From positions 69,335,238 through 69,399,237 of the forward strand of contig NC_052146.1 in assembly GCF_902713615.1 (NCBI RefSeq): a stretch of 64,000 bases of DNA, given 5' to 3'. The notes beneath the pieces are model-generated. The model was not told the DNA's origin. It saw only the letters and a program-made list of their open reading frames with translations, and searched no databases. This document shows positions 1 to 12,525 of this stretch, one piece after another (positions within the stretch are counted from its first letter, which is position 1; each line of letters opens with the position of its first letter). A program made the position numbers and the translations under genes. This DNA is from Scyliorhinus canicula. Lineage: Eukaryota.

Positions 1-784
1 GCTTATGGAGTACCTGGCCAGCACAAATGGCAGAGGCACTGTCAACAGAGTCCCTAAGCTTACAAGAAGCTGCCTCCATCCGCTCCTATACCAACCCCTC
101 CCCCACTACTCTCCTAACCGTGGCTATATTTGCTGCCCAGCAGTAGTGCTCCAGCAGCACCTTTCTTACCTGGGGATTTCTCGGCCCAAACAAACCCCAA
201 AATCAGGGCGATTACTTTCCTGAAAAAGGCCTTTGGGATAAAAATTGGGAGGTTCTAGTAAACGAATAGGAACCTCGGGAGAATCGTGATTTTCATAGTT
301 TGCGTCCGCCCCGCAAATGTTTCCATCCCCGCGCCACCTGAATACCCAAACATCTAAAGTTTGTTCCCACCACTTTAAACGGCAGCTCACCCAGCCTCCC
401 TCCTATTCCCTTGCTTGAATTGGGAAAACCTCACTCCTCCCTATGTTTAATTTATACCTGGAGAACTGACCAAACTGCTCCAAGATGTTCATAATGCCCC
501 TAATGCCACCCGACAGGTCCGAAATGTAAAGTAGTAAGTCGGTCGCGGATAACGAAACACTTTGCTCCAAGCCTCCCCCCACTAACTCCCTGCCACCCAG
601 CACTATACCTTTCTAACTCTTTGAAGCTCTAAGCGACACTGCCAGTGGCTCTATCACCAGGGCAAAACGTAACAGGGAGAGTAGGCATCCCAGAACTTCT
701 CACATATATTCCCATTCTATCTGATCAAAGGCTTCCTCTGCATCCATAGTGACCACCACCTGCACCTCTTGTCCCACCGGGGGC
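1..784 (-). mobile_element. L1-clade LINE ORF2 (RT) fragment, left part; continues at 4498 beyond the hAT insertion
   Basis: Minus-strand ORFs carry L1 RT motifs (VTMDAEEAFDQIEW, DLLLYISD, FGQFSRYKLNIGRSE). The frame rejoins across the hAT as SVIMMPP|VGQEVQVVVTMDAE. Confidence 0.9.
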
Positions 785-878
785 CAGTGGCGTGCAGAGG
801 GGGGGGGCCGACGGTGCATTGGCCCCGGGCATCCTTTGGATGGGGGCATCCAATCAGAGAAGGGGAAAAAAAAAAAAA

Positions 879-1123
879 TGTTTTTTTTTTTCTTAAAATG
901 TTTTTTAAAATTTAGATTACCCAATTATTTTTTTCAATTAAGGGGCAATTTAGCGTGGCCAATCCACCTACTCTGCACATTTTTTGGGTTGTGGGGGCGA
1001 AACCAACGCAGACACGGGGAGAATGTGCAAACTCCACACGGACATTGACCCAGAGCCGGGATCGAACCTGGGACCTCAGTTCCGTGAGGCAGTTGTGCTA
1101 ACCACTAGGCCACCGTGCTGCCC
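879..1123 (-). mobile_element. tRNA-head V-SINE, short A-tailed form, nested in the hAT
   Basis: A box TGGCCTAGTGG, B box GGTTCGATCCC, shortened V domain, A-rich tail. TSD core CAGAGAAGG at 855-863 and 1124-1132. Confidence 0.88.
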
Positions 1124-1754
1124 CAGAGAAGGAAATAAGATAGTAATTTTAAAATTTCAGCGGTGATAAATCAATTTTTGGAGGCTCACCACACTGCAGA
1201 GGCAGTTGTTAGCCCTTTATTCCTTTAACATGGTGTACCCTTTCTGTCTAGAGAAAATGGTCCTTCTCCCCATCCCCCCCACACGCATGCGCATGATGTA
1301 CGTGGTGCAACCATCAAAAGCAACAAGCAGACGTGGCTGTTCGTTCCTGCGTTTCCTCGAGTCATAACTCGTCTTTTCTTCAGCTTTTTGTGCATCTAGA
1401 TTAGTTCTTTTACCTACTCAGGTCAGTGAATAGCTCTAGAACAGGTGCAACTACGGTTTTTATAGGTTTTTTGGCGATATTTAATGAAATATTTACGTGG
1501 GATGTAGTAAGAGTGAAGCCTGGATGATCAGAGGACTGCTATGGCATTTAATCTCGGAATAGGGGACATTTATTCCTTAACATGCTAATATTCGAATACA
1601 GATACCACTAATTTGCAAGTCTATGATATAAATTGCACAAAATTATCAGTGGAGAATCAGTGTGAAATAATTTGATTCGAAGGAACAAAGAAATGAAATA
1701 TGGTTTATCCGTCTGCAACTGACCGATTGTTTACCATTTTCTTCCCATTTTCTC

Positions 1755-4314
1755 ATGCGTCTTACGGTTTTTGAGATAGAAAATGAAGTGTTACGAGTAT
1801 TTCGTGTACAACCGAGTGGAGCACAGAACAGGAAAAAAAAGAGGGCCAGAGTCGAAGAAGAGTCCCATCAAAGAGGGGCATTAGATGCATGGATAAAAAG
1901 AAGTAAAGAAGGAGCAGGAGAACCTGGAGAAGTAAAAGATGATGTGGGTACAGAGAAGGATTTTTCTGATACGGATTCAGCTCGGTTAGAACATAATACT
2001 CTCTCTCCTCAGTCTCGTTATCAGGATGATGATCCATGTGAAGAAAATAAAGAAGATATTTGCATATTTTTGCAAAGAAGCGATTTTGGCTGTTTGAAGA
2101 AACCGATTCCAGATCATTTGAAGATGACAATACTACAACATGGCCCTGAAAGATATCAGAATAAAAGTGGTCCATTTGCTGAGAAGGATGGGAGATCATT
2201 TTCCAAACAGTGGTTTGATAAAGTTTCCACAAACGGAGAAATTGTGGAGAGAAAATGGTTGTTATACTCTCCATATCGGAAAGCATGCTACTGTTTTGTT
2301 TGCTTTTTGTTTTCAAAGGAGCATTTGTTGTCTGTGTCAAACTTTGGAAAGGAAGACGGTTTCTCCACTTGGAGAAAATTAAATCCAACAATACCTGACC
2401 ATGAGAAAAGCCCTTCTCATAGAGCTCACATGAGGGAATACCTGAACCTTGTAGTTCGACTCCATCATTCAACTACAATAGATGCTGAACTTCAACAGCA
2501 AATGTCTGCTGAAAAGAAAAGATGGAAAGCTATAACTGAACGGATTGTCGAGGTTATATCCTTTCTGGCAAAACAGAATGTGGCCTATCGTGGACATCGA
2601 GGAGAAGGAATATCTGGGTTATCAGAGCCAGGGGAGACAGTCAGTGAAAATACAGGAAACTTTCTAGCAACAATCAGACTTTTGGCCAAATATGATGACA
2701 TCTTAGCAAAACACTTGCAGAGAGGGAAAGAGAAACCAAAAAGTGTCACCTACTTGTCCAACAGAATTCAAAACGAAATAATCAATCTTCTTGGTGAAAC
2801 TGTCAAGAAAAATATAATTTCCGAAATTAAGGACGCAAAATATTTTAGCATAATGCTGGATTCAACTCCAGATATTGCCCATGAAGATCAGGTTTCTGAA
2901 ATTCTGCGTTACGTTCATATTGATGAAAACAGAAAAGTAGAAATAAAGGAGACATTTCTGGGATTTTTTCAAGTCAACAAGAAAGATGCAGTCAGCCTGG
3001 TAAATAAAATTCAGGAAAAATTGGAAGAAGACAAAATTTCCATGAATGACTGTCGTGGTCAAGCATATGATAACGCAGCAGTTATGGCTGGAGTGAGAGG
3101 AGGTGTTCAACAAAAAATTCTTGAAGTTAACCCAAAAGCTGTGTTTGTGAACTGCGAGAACCACAGCCTCAATTTGTCCTGTGTCCATGCAAGTGAGGTG
3201 CAACCTGTTGTTGTTACATTTTTTGGCATTCTAGAAAAACTCTACTTTTTTTTCTTCATCTACTTCTCGTTGGGAAGTGTTAAAATCATTTGTCACTCGG
3301 ACTGTGAAAAGACAGTGTGACACAAGATGGAGTTCCAGCCATGATGCTGTGCAAGTAATCCACGAAGAGTGTGACAACGTTATTGCAAGCCTTCAACACC
3401 TGCTGGAAGGAGAATTTTCAAGGGAAACTAAATCCGATGCAGGATCGCTACTGAACTCTATTCAACAGTTCCCGTTTATAGCTTTATTAAATTTTTGGTA
3501 CTCAGTTTTATCATCAGTGGATAAAGTCTCAAAACGTTTGCAGGATCCGAAAATGGGGTTCCATGAAGCTTCTTGTGATCTGAGAGGACTTATTCATATC
3601 TTGAATTTGAAGAATGACGAAATTATCCACAATGCAATAGATTTAGTCAATGAATATTGTCAAAATTGGGGAATACCAATTGCACGAATAAGGAGAAGAA
3701 GAATAATGCCTGGAGAGTCAGCAAGAGATAGTGGACTGACGGCACAAGAAGAAATGAATAGAGTAATGGTAGAGATTGTGAACAGACTAAAAACTGAAAT
3801 TGAAGACCGCAGTGTCCGTCTTCAAAGACTCAGTGACCGATTTTCTTTTCTTCTGAACTTGAATTCAGGAGTGATTGAAGATGAACAAGAAAGAGAGAAA
3901 TTAAAAAAGGAATGTTCAGACTTTGCAAATTATTATGACAATGATGTGGTTGCAATTCAGTTATATGACAAAATTATTGATTTTGTGATGCTCCTTCGAG
4001 CTGGAGGGAATAGAGTTCCCCCTGATCCTAAAGATGCTCTGGAGTTTTTACTGCAGTATGGGAGGGATGTCTTTCCGACGCTGTGTGTTTCATACAGATT
4101 ACTGCTTACAATCGCATTTTCAGTCGCAAGCTGTGAAAGGTCATTTTCAAAACTGAAATTAATAAAAACATATCTGAGGTCTTCTATGTCACAGGAGCGA
4201 CTGACCAACCTGGCTTTAATAAGCATTGAAAAAGAATTTCTCACAGCTGATGTAAAAAGTGAAGTAGTTCAGGTGTTTTGTGACAGGAGGTATCATTTGG
4301 GGAAAATAACTTAA
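1755..4314 (+). pseudogene. hAT transposase split by one frameshift at about 3246-3253
   Basis: TTF-type Zn-finger-like region (WLLYSPYRKACYCFVC...HEKSPSH). Catalytic and conserved motifs: FSIMLDSTPD, GQAYDNA, CENHSLNL, DTRWS, and ASCERSFSKLKLIKTYLRSSM in the hAT dimerisation domain. The two ORFs overlap at a T8 run. True start codon uncertain. Confidence 0.92.
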
Positions 4315-4497
4315 TAAATTTGATTGATTTATATTAAAATCGAATAAAGCGTTTATTTCATGTTTCATCTGTGTTTATATATTCAAAATGTTTTCCTTTC
4401 TCATAATGTTTCTCAGTATATTAGGCCTTATACTTGAGTCTTTGGGGCATACAATCAAGATTTGCCCCGGGCATCACCAGACCTCTGCACGCCACTG

Positions 4498-6560
4498 CCG
4501 GGGGCATCATAATCACAGACAATAAGTGCCTAACATTTGCCGACAAATGTCTCCCCTTTACAAATCCCGTCTGGTCCTCACCTATCACCCCGGTACACAG
4601 TCCTCTATCCACAAGATCTTTGTCAAAAGTTTGGCATCCACATTTAGCAGCGAGATCGGACGATAAGACCTACACTGCTCCAGGTCCTTATCCTTCTTCA
4701 GAATTAAAGATATTGAGGCCTGCGGTAGTATAGGGGAAAGCTCCCCATATTCCCGCACCTCATTAAATGCCCTTACCAGCAAGGGCCCCAGGTCCTCTGA
4801 AAACCTCTTATAAAATTCCCCCGAGGACCCATCTGGACCATGCGCTCCATGAACCCCTTTAGCTTTTTTGCCACCGCCGACATTCTTCCCAATAGCGGAC
4901 TCAACCGGTCCAATCTCGGCTCGATGACCGTATTAAAGTCCCCCATAATCAGCTGGTGTGAGTCGAGGTCTGGGATCTTCCTCCATAACGCCAGCCTCAT
5001 AAACTCAACATCACCCAATTTGGGGCATAAATATTCACCAAGACCACTGGCATCCCCTCCAATTTCCCACTCGTCATCTCAAACCTTCCCCCTGGATCTG
5101 CCACTATGTTCTACACCTGACCACTACCCACTTATTTATTAGCACCACCGCTCCCCGTGTCTTCAAATCCAACACCAAATGAAAAACATGTCCAACCCAC
5201 CCTTTCCTCAAAGACTGTTTGACTGGCCCATTCAGCCCCCTCACAGTCCATGTGACCAGCCTGGCTGGGGTCACCCACCCTTCTCCCCTGCCGATCAACC
5301 ATATCCCTTCTTGGGCCGGCCCGCGACCCGCAACCTGCCAGGCCCGCCCTAGGGTGTCCAACTCCCTTCTTATTGCACTTCAACTTCCCCACCCAGTAAG
5401 CAGTCCCCCCCCCCCCCCCTCCCCTGTACAAAACAACAATCCCATCACCCTCTAAAACTCGAACCACCTGATTGCTCCCCACTGCGTTCCTGTAAATTAG
5501 CTTGGCCAGCTAGTCTGACAGTCCCCGCCCATGGCATCTTACATCCTGCCCCCCACTGATTCCCCCTCCCGCCCGCTCACACTTCATCATGGCACATAAC
5601 AATAACACTATAAAGAAGAGAAAAAAAAGGTTCACTCAGCCTCCCCCATCCTCCCACCAAAGCACCCTATGAGAAAGCTAAACAGCCCCTAAGAAAGGAA
5701 ATGTTCTCCCCTGGTCTTCACCCCAGACAAAGGAACCCAGCACAATACAGCAAAAAGCAGGCAGGGAGAAGCAACCTCAGATTCCTTCCAAAGTTCAATG
5801 TCCTCCCTCTCCTGCCGGTTTATTGTCTCTCAAGAACTCCATTGCCTCCTCCGGTGTTCCAAACTAGTATCCGTGGCCGTTGTGGGTCACCTAAATGCAG
5901 GCCGGATACAGCATCCCAAACTTCACCTCCTTCGTAAGAGGGCAGCCTTGACCCAGTTGAATCCAGCTCTCCTCTTTGCTAGTTCCTCACCCAGGTCCTG
6001 ATATACTCAAAGTTTGTTGCCTTCCAAGGTACATCTCCTCATCTGCCTGGCCTACCACAAGATCTTCTCTTTGTCCAGAAACTGGTCTAGCCTCATCACC
6101 GTCGCCCTCATTCACCTGTGGCTTCTTATAAGCGCCCTATGCACTCACTAGACCATCAGGGGCCAGTGGAAGCCCCATTAGCTTCTCCACATGAGAGCCT
6201 GCATCCACTCCCTCGATGCCCTCCAGCATCCCCACTATCCTCAGATTCTGCCTCCGGGAGCAGTTCCCCAAATCTTCCACTTTCACCTTGAGCCATTTCT
6301 GGGTCTCCCTCAGCATCCCAACTTCAGCCGCCAATGAGATAGCTGCTCCTCATGTTCCCCCACCGCCTCCTCCATTTTCTGGATCGTCTGGCTCTGGGTC
6401 TCCAGGTGCAGCTCCACACGGTCAATCCCCGCTTTCAGCGGGTCCACCACCTTCGCCAGGCCCTCCTGAGCCTCCCTCCTCTGTTCGCTGAACTTTTCAT
6501 TAAGGAAGTCAACCAACTCTGTCGACCATTAGGTTGGTAGAGCCAATCCTTTACCCTACG
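4498..6560 (-). mobile_element. L1-clade LINE: ORF1, endonuclease and N-terminal RT, degraded with deletions
   Basis: ORF1 motif EDLGNCSRRQNLRIVG. EN motifs RLVTWTVRGLNGPVK and LIMGDFNTV. RT motifs YRPISLLNVDAKLLTKIL and DQTGFVKGR. Confidence 0.9.
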
Positions 6561-6561
6561 C

Positions 6562-6621
6562 CAGTGTTCTTCAAAAGTCAGGGGCGCGACCCGCGGGTGG
6601 GTCGCGGGCGGGTGTTGGGAG
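6562..6621 (+). mobile_element. hAT/Charlie-like terminus fragment
   Basis: CAGTGTTCTTCAAA start followed by a GCGACCC...GGGTCGC palindrome, typical of hAT ends. No partner end found. Confidence 0.4.
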
Positions 6622-6659
6622 GTGCTGCTAAATGTGCGATCCACTCACACCATGGCCGC

Positions 6660-7830
6660 CACCAGAATCCCGATACCTAGCCTTTTTGACTAGGAAGAAG
6701 GCTGACTCTAGAATTATTCCCACTGTACTACACTCCAAGGGGAACAGATTGATTAAAACAGAGGATATCAGCAAAGCGTTTAAGGATTTTATACCGATTT
6801 ATACAAAACAGACCAGCCTGGGGATGCATTGACACTTAAGGAGTGCTTCTTCTTCCTTCTTCTCTGAAACTCCAAACAATCTTCAAGGACCAAAGGTTGG
6901 TCCTGAATGCTCCTATTTCAAAAGGGGAAGGAGCTCTTGCCTTGAAGGAGCTTCAATCTGGTAAGGCCCCAAGGCCCGATGGTTTTGGATGTGAATTTTA
7001 CAAAGAATTTAAAGGATTAAAGGATTCGCTGATTGCCATGTTTAGTCACTCATTTGAAGCAGGCGCACTACCGCAGATGCTCTGGAAAGTAATATTTCCA
7101 TAATTCTGAAGGCAGGCAAGAATCCTGAAGAGTGTGTATTCTGTATGCCAAGTTCACTCCTGAATTAGACTTGAAATTGTTGTCCAAAGTATTAACGTGT
7201 TGTCTCCCTTTGATCATCCAGGGTGATCAGACTGCGTTCATAAAGGGCTACAATTCACGTAACCATGTTTGGAGATTATTAAATGCTATTCTGGACTTTC
7301 AAAAATGGGCGTTAGATGGGTTAGTGATCTCCTTCGATGCAGAGAAAGCTTTTGACCAGGTGGAGTGGAATTATTTATTTTATATGCTACAGAACTTTGG
7401 GTTGGGAGGAGAGTATTTTAAATGGATACAGATGCTTTATTTAAAAAAATATATATTTTATTGATGCATTTGTATCTTAACACATCAAACATAATCACAG
7501 ATCAATCAAGCCAACAGGGCTGCAAATAACCAACTCAACAAAATACCCCACCAACCCGCCCCCCACTTCCCAACTGATACAGATGCTTTATAAAAGTCCT
7601 CTGGCGGCAGTGCTTACAGATGTTTCTAGATCTGAGAATTTTTGTCTCCAGCGAGGGACTAGACAGGGTTGCCCATATTTCCCATTATTGTTTGCAGTAG
7701 GCATAGAGCCCCTGACGGAGGCTATTAGACAGGATCTCCATAGTGGAGGGAAGCAGCATCCCAATCACGCTATATGCTGATGATGTGTTGCTGCCTGTAT
7801 CTAAGCCAGATGTTTCTGGTGCACTTATAA
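6660..7830 (+). mobile_element. Old L1-clade ORF2 RT fragment
   Basis: Motifs GKAPRPDGFGCEFYKEF, ISFDAEKAFDQVEW, QRGTRQGCP and ITLYADDVLL, broken by stops and frameshifts. Confidence 0.88.
7441..7575 (-). mobile_element. 135-bp 5'-truncated LINE 3'-end insertion
   Basis: Perfect 16-bp TSD GATACAGATGCTTTAT at 7425-7440 and 7576-7591. AATAAA and an A-rich tail lie on the minus strand. Confidence 0.8.
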
Positions 7831-7837
7831 TTAATGA

Positions 7838-10145
7838 GGAGATGCCGGCGTTGGACTGGGGTGAGCACAGTAAGAAGTCTTACAACACCAGGTTAAAGTC
7901 CAACATGTTTGTTTCAAACACTAGCTTTTGGAGCACTGCTCCTTCCTCAGGTGAATGAAGAGGTATGTTCCAGAAACATATATATAGACAAAGTCAAAGA
8001 TGTCAGACAATGCTTAGATGCGAGAATTTGCAGGTAATTGAATCTTTACAGATCCAGAGATAGGGGTAACCCCAGGTTAAAGAGGTGTGAATTGTCTCAA
8101 GCCAGGACAGTTGGTAGGATTTCTCAAGCCCAGGCCAGATGGTGGGGGGTGGATGTAATGCAACATGAATCCCAGGTCCCGGTTGAGGCCGTACTCATGT
8201 GTGTGGAACTTGGCTGTAAGTTTCTGCTCAGTGATTCTGCGTTGTCGCGCGTCCTGAAGGCCGCCTTGGCGAACGCTTACCTGGAGATCAGAGGCTGAAT
8301 GCCCATGACTGCAGAAGTGTTCCCCGACTGGAAGGGAACATTCCTGCCTGGTGATTGTCGTGCGATGTTCGTTCATCCATTGTCGCAGCATCTGCATGGT
8401 CTCGCCAATGTACCACGCTTCGGGACATCCTTTCCTGCAGCGTATGAGATAGACAACATTGGCCGAGTTGCACGAGTATGTACCGCGTACCTGGTGGGTG
8501 GTGTTCTCACGTGTAATGGTGGTATCCGTGTCAATGATCTGGCACATCTTGCAGAGATTGCCATGGCAGGGTTGTGCGGTGTCGTGGTCGCTGTTCTGAG
8601 GCTGGGTAGTTTGCTGCATACAATGGTTTGTTTCAGATTGCGTGGTTGTTTGAAGGCAAGTAGTGGGGGTATGGGGGTGACCTTGGCAAGATGTTAATTT
8701 TCATCAATGACGTATTGAAGGCTGCAAAGAATATGTCGTAGTTTCTCCGCTCCGGGAAAGTACTGGACGACGAAGGGTACTCTGTCTGTTGTGTCCTGTG
8801 TTTGTCTTCTGAGGAGGTCGGTACGGTTTTTTGCTGTGGCACGTTGTAACTGTCGATTGATGAGTCGAGCGCCATGTCCCGTTCGTACGAGGGCATCTTT
8901 CAGCGTCTGTAGATGTCTGTTATGCTGCTCCTCATCTGAGCAGATCCTGTGTATACGGAGGGCTTGTCCATAGGGGATGGCTTCTTTAATGTGTTTGGGG
9001 TGGAAGCTGGAGAAGTGGAGCATCGTGAGGTTATCTGTGAGCTTGCGGTAAAGCGAGGTGCTGAGGTGACCGTCCTTGATGGAGACGAGTGTGTCCAAGA
9101 ATGCAACTGATTTTGGAGAGTAGTCCATGGTGAGTCTGATGGTGGGATGGAACTTATTGATGTCATCGTGTAGTCGTTTCAGTGATTCTTCGCCGTGGGT
9201 CCAAAGGAAAAAAATGTCATCGATGTATCTGGTGTATAACTTCGGTTGAAGGTCCTGTGTGGTGAGGAGGTCTTGTTCAAACTTGTGCATGAAGATGTTG
9301 GCGTATTGAGCTGTGAATTTGGTCCCCATGGCTGTTCTGTGCGTCTGGATGAAGAACTTGTTGTGGGCGGTGAAGATATTGTGATCCAGAATGAAGCGGA
9401 TGTTGCAGAATTGCGTCTGGAGATTGGCAGTTATTGGTGTTGAGGACTGAGGCTGTTGCAGCAATGCCGTCGTCATGGGGGATGCTGGTGTAGAGTGCTG
9501 AGACATCCATTGTGACGAGGAATGTTGCTGGTTCAACTGGTCCATGGATGCTGAGTTTCTGTAGGAAGTCCATTGTATCGCGACAGAAGCTGGGTGTACC
9601 TCGGACGATGGTTTTCAACATAAACTCGATGTGGCCAGAGAGGTTCTCACACAGGGTCCCATTGCCTGAAACGATAGGACGGCCTGGTGTGTTGGCCTTG
9701 TGTATTTTTGGGAGGCAGTAGAGATCTCCAATGTGGGGAGTATGTGGGATGAGAGCACGTAGGGTGCTCTGAAGGTCTGGATCCAAGGTCTTGATCAGTC
9801 TGTTGAGTTGGCGGATGTGTTCCTTGGTTGGATCTGCGGGTAACTGTCTATTGTGTTCCTGGTTGTTGAGTTATTGATATACCTCTATGCAGTAGTCCGT
9901 CCTGTTCAGTATAACTGTGGCCCCTCCTTTGTCTGCTGGTTTGATGACGATGTTGTGGTTGGTCTTGAGAGCGCGGATGGTGTTGCATTGTGCTTGGGTG
10001 ATGTTCAGGGCTGTCTTGTGAATGCGACTGATGAATCTGGCATTGACGTGGCTCCTGACGGCTTGAGCATACATGTCGGGTCTAGGGCAGCGGCCTTCCG
10101 GACGGGTCCAATTCAACTCTTTCCTCTTCGGTTGCTGCACCACAG
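7838..10145 (-). mobile_element. Penelope-like retroelement (RT + GIY-YIG endonuclease, Neptune-like), 5'-truncated and frameshifted
   Basis: RT motifs YCLPKIHK, GRPIVSG, TMDVSALYTSIPH, GTKFTAQYANIFM and YTRYIDDIF. Linker PCHGNLCKMC. GIY-YIG motif NVVYLIRC...WYIGET. 3' pLTR carries a hammerhead motif at 7919-7953 whose GAAA is mutated to AAAA. Confidence 0.93.
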
Positions 10146-11165
10146 ATCTATGTCCTGGGGCAGTTGGTCATCCCCGGCCTCTTCAAGGAGCACCCCAGGA
10201 TGGATGGCTGGCTCTTGGGGGATAAGAGATATCCGCTGAGGACCAGGCTAATGATGCCAGTCCGGAGGCCGGAGACTGAAGCGGAGACCCGGTACAAGGC
10301 CCGGTTTGTGATTGAGAGGTGCATCAGACTCCTCAAGATGCGGTTCCGATGCTTCGCCCACTCCAGTACACCGCCCGGGGGGCCGCCCTCTTTGTTGTGG
10401 TCTGCTGCGCCCTCCTCAACCTCGCACAGCAGCAGGGTTATAAGCTGGAGGTTGGAGATGAGGAACATGTGGTTACCTCCGAGGAGGAGGAGAATGATGA
10501 GGCGGTGGCGACCAGCAGGGACTGGAGGACGAGGCCGTGGAGAAACTGGAGGACCAGCCGGAGGCTGCAGGACATGCGGCAGTGGCGAGGGTCCGGCAAG
10601 CCCGGAGGGTCTGGGAGGCCCTCATACTGACCCGATTCACTAAGGGTATGGTCTAGTCCGTCATCGCTACCTTAACCATCCTCCACCCTTACCTCCCAGC
10701 TTCCCAGGGTATGTGTCACATCACTCCAAGGTGCTGGGATTGTGTCAACACCATCAGCGGGTCACTGTTGAGGGCAAGAGGGTGATGATAATCCGCAGAG
10801 AGCTGAGCGCCAGTGCTCCTCCATCTATGCCAGAGTCTGACCCCTGCCTGTCTGCTGAGTGCTCGCTCACACCCATCACCTGCAAGTGGTCTGCCCAGGG
10901 AGGGCTGCCATTGTTGCGAGCTGGCTGGGGTGGGCTCAGGAAGTGCTGTTTAAGTGCTGCTCAATCTTGTTAGCGGGGAGCTGGCGAGCGCAGTGCTGGT
11001 GAATCACCTGGTGATCCTTCATTTGTGGCGGGAAGCCTGTGGGGCCTCGTTAAGTTGACTAATTAACATTGAATAACGTTGCTGGCCTCGCTGGGCCGAG
11101 CGCTGTGAGGCTCGAAGCAGTTCCCACTTGCTACCACACTTCGAAATCTTACCGGAGAATGGCAT
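10146..11165 (+). mobile_element. PIF/Harbinger transposon, 3' part (DDE transposase C-terminal half and right end)
   Basis: GWLLGDKRYPLRTRLMMP, VIERCIRLLKMRFRC and VVCCALLNLA match the DDE_Tnp_4 pattern. Ends in a CCGGAGAAT terminal motif like the MITE at 27360. Confidence 0.82.
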
Positions 11166-11428
11166 GCTTTATAACATGCTAACCTTTGTAGCATGCAAAA
11201 ACAGCCTTTGCTCATGAATTAGCAATAAATATCTTTCAATTCAGAATTGGCATAAAATGATCATGGAATGTATCCCTATGGAGTTCCTAACATGCATACT
11301 TAGTTCTAAATTGGATCCATTCTGAAAAGTATGGGACCCCTTTGTAGGATGAAGCAGTTTGGCTTAGTTGTAATACAGAATCAGATGATCTACATATACA
11401 TTCGTATTAGGTTTAACTTCTGTTAGTG

Positions 11429-11652
11429 GGACGGCACGGTAGCTCAGTGGTTAGCACTGCTGCCCCATGGCGCTGAGGACCCGGCTTCGATCCCGGCCCC
11501 AGGTCACTGTCCGTGTGGAGTTTGCACATTCTCCCCATGTCTGCATGAATCTCACCCCCATAACCCAAAGATGTGCAGGTTAGGTGGGTTGCCAATGCTA
11601 AAGTGCTCCTTAATTGGAAAAAACAAGAATTGGGCACATTAAATTATAAAAA
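11429..11652 (+). mobile_element. V-SINE, short A-tailed form
   Basis: tRNA head with A and B boxes. Perfect 14-bp TSD AACTTCTGTTAGTG at 11415-11428 and 11653-11666. Confidence 0.92.
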
Positions 11653-12339
11653 AACTTCTGTTAGTGTATGATTAGTTTTGGACCTGTACAACCTTTTTGA
11701 CTTTAATCACTGTGACTGTACCAAACGTAACTGAATATTAAGAATATTTTACCTAGCCCCCCGGTAAATGCTTTTAACTGTAATCCACTTATGTTACACA
11801 CATTTTGTACAGCTTTCTAAGTATAACCTGTCACAATATGTGGAGATTGTAAAGCACATAAAGGGTTAATGTAATGTTACTACTCTAGTCACTAGATGGT
11901 GCTATAGAGCAACCATATAAATATCACACTCCTCCTTGACTTCTGGGAGATAAATGGAGATAGATGGAGAGGCTGGAAGAGAGCAAGACAGAGCAGTTGT
12001 GAGTTAATTGGAAACCTGCCAGAAACAGATGTTTGACAAATAGAGTACCTCTAATCAGTTGTAATTGAATAAATTGAAGTTTAAATACTATTTTGATATG
12101 CCAACTCTGGATGAATATACAGTTAGATCTTTTGTGCTAAGCTCAGCAGAAGCCGAGACAAATGGACAATAGACAATTTTGCAAAGTCAGATTATGAAAG
12201 ACACTGCAAAAGAAACATTGCCCTTTCAGGAAATGACGAATGTATGTAGGTAGTCAAACTTCAATTAAAGCAAACCAAGAATTAAATTAACCAATTATGA
12301 AATTACACAGGCATAGTCTGAGATGAGGTATTGATAATT

Positions 12340-12525
12340 TAGGGGATAAAAGTAAAAACTTTGAACAACCTGTAGAGGGACAGGTAGTGTTGAGGAAGCA
12401 GGGAGATTACAGAAGGACTTGGACAGGCTAAGAGTGGGCAAAGAAGTGGCAGTTGGAATACAATGTGGAAAATAGTGAGGCTATGCTCTTGGGAAGGAGG
12501 AATGGAGGCACAGACTATTTTGTAG
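12340..12525 (+). mobile_element. CR1 LINE RT C-terminal remnant
   Basis: Encodes LQKDLDRL...WQLEYNVE-like sequence, homologous to 15923 onward. Confidence 0.7.

Larger units (their letters stand above)
785..4497 (+). mobile_element. hAT DNA transposon (Tip100/ZMYM1-like type), full length
   Basis: Perfect 16-bp TIRs: CAGTGGCGTGCAGAGG at 785-800 and its reverse complement at 4482-4497. 8-bp TSD CCGGGGGC at 777-784 and 4498-4505. Subterminal GCCCCGGGCATC at both ends. Internal transposase. Confidence 0.96.

Noticed and set aside
1755-4314. Host gene ZMYM1-like
   Set aside because: Enclosed by perfect TIRs and an 8-bp TSD inside an L1, so it is a transposon and not a domesticated gene.
10164-10643. 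Host gene HARBI1
   Set aside because: Truncated, frameshifted, and followed by a transposon terminus.
11429-11510. tRNA genes (this and other A/B-box sequences)
   Set aside because: They are SINE heads that continue into V domains and tails, with TSDs; they do not form a complete cloverleaf.
11838-12090. Possible solo LTR with a CTCF-like CACTAGATGGTGC motif
   Set aside because: No clear CA end or TSD could be defined.
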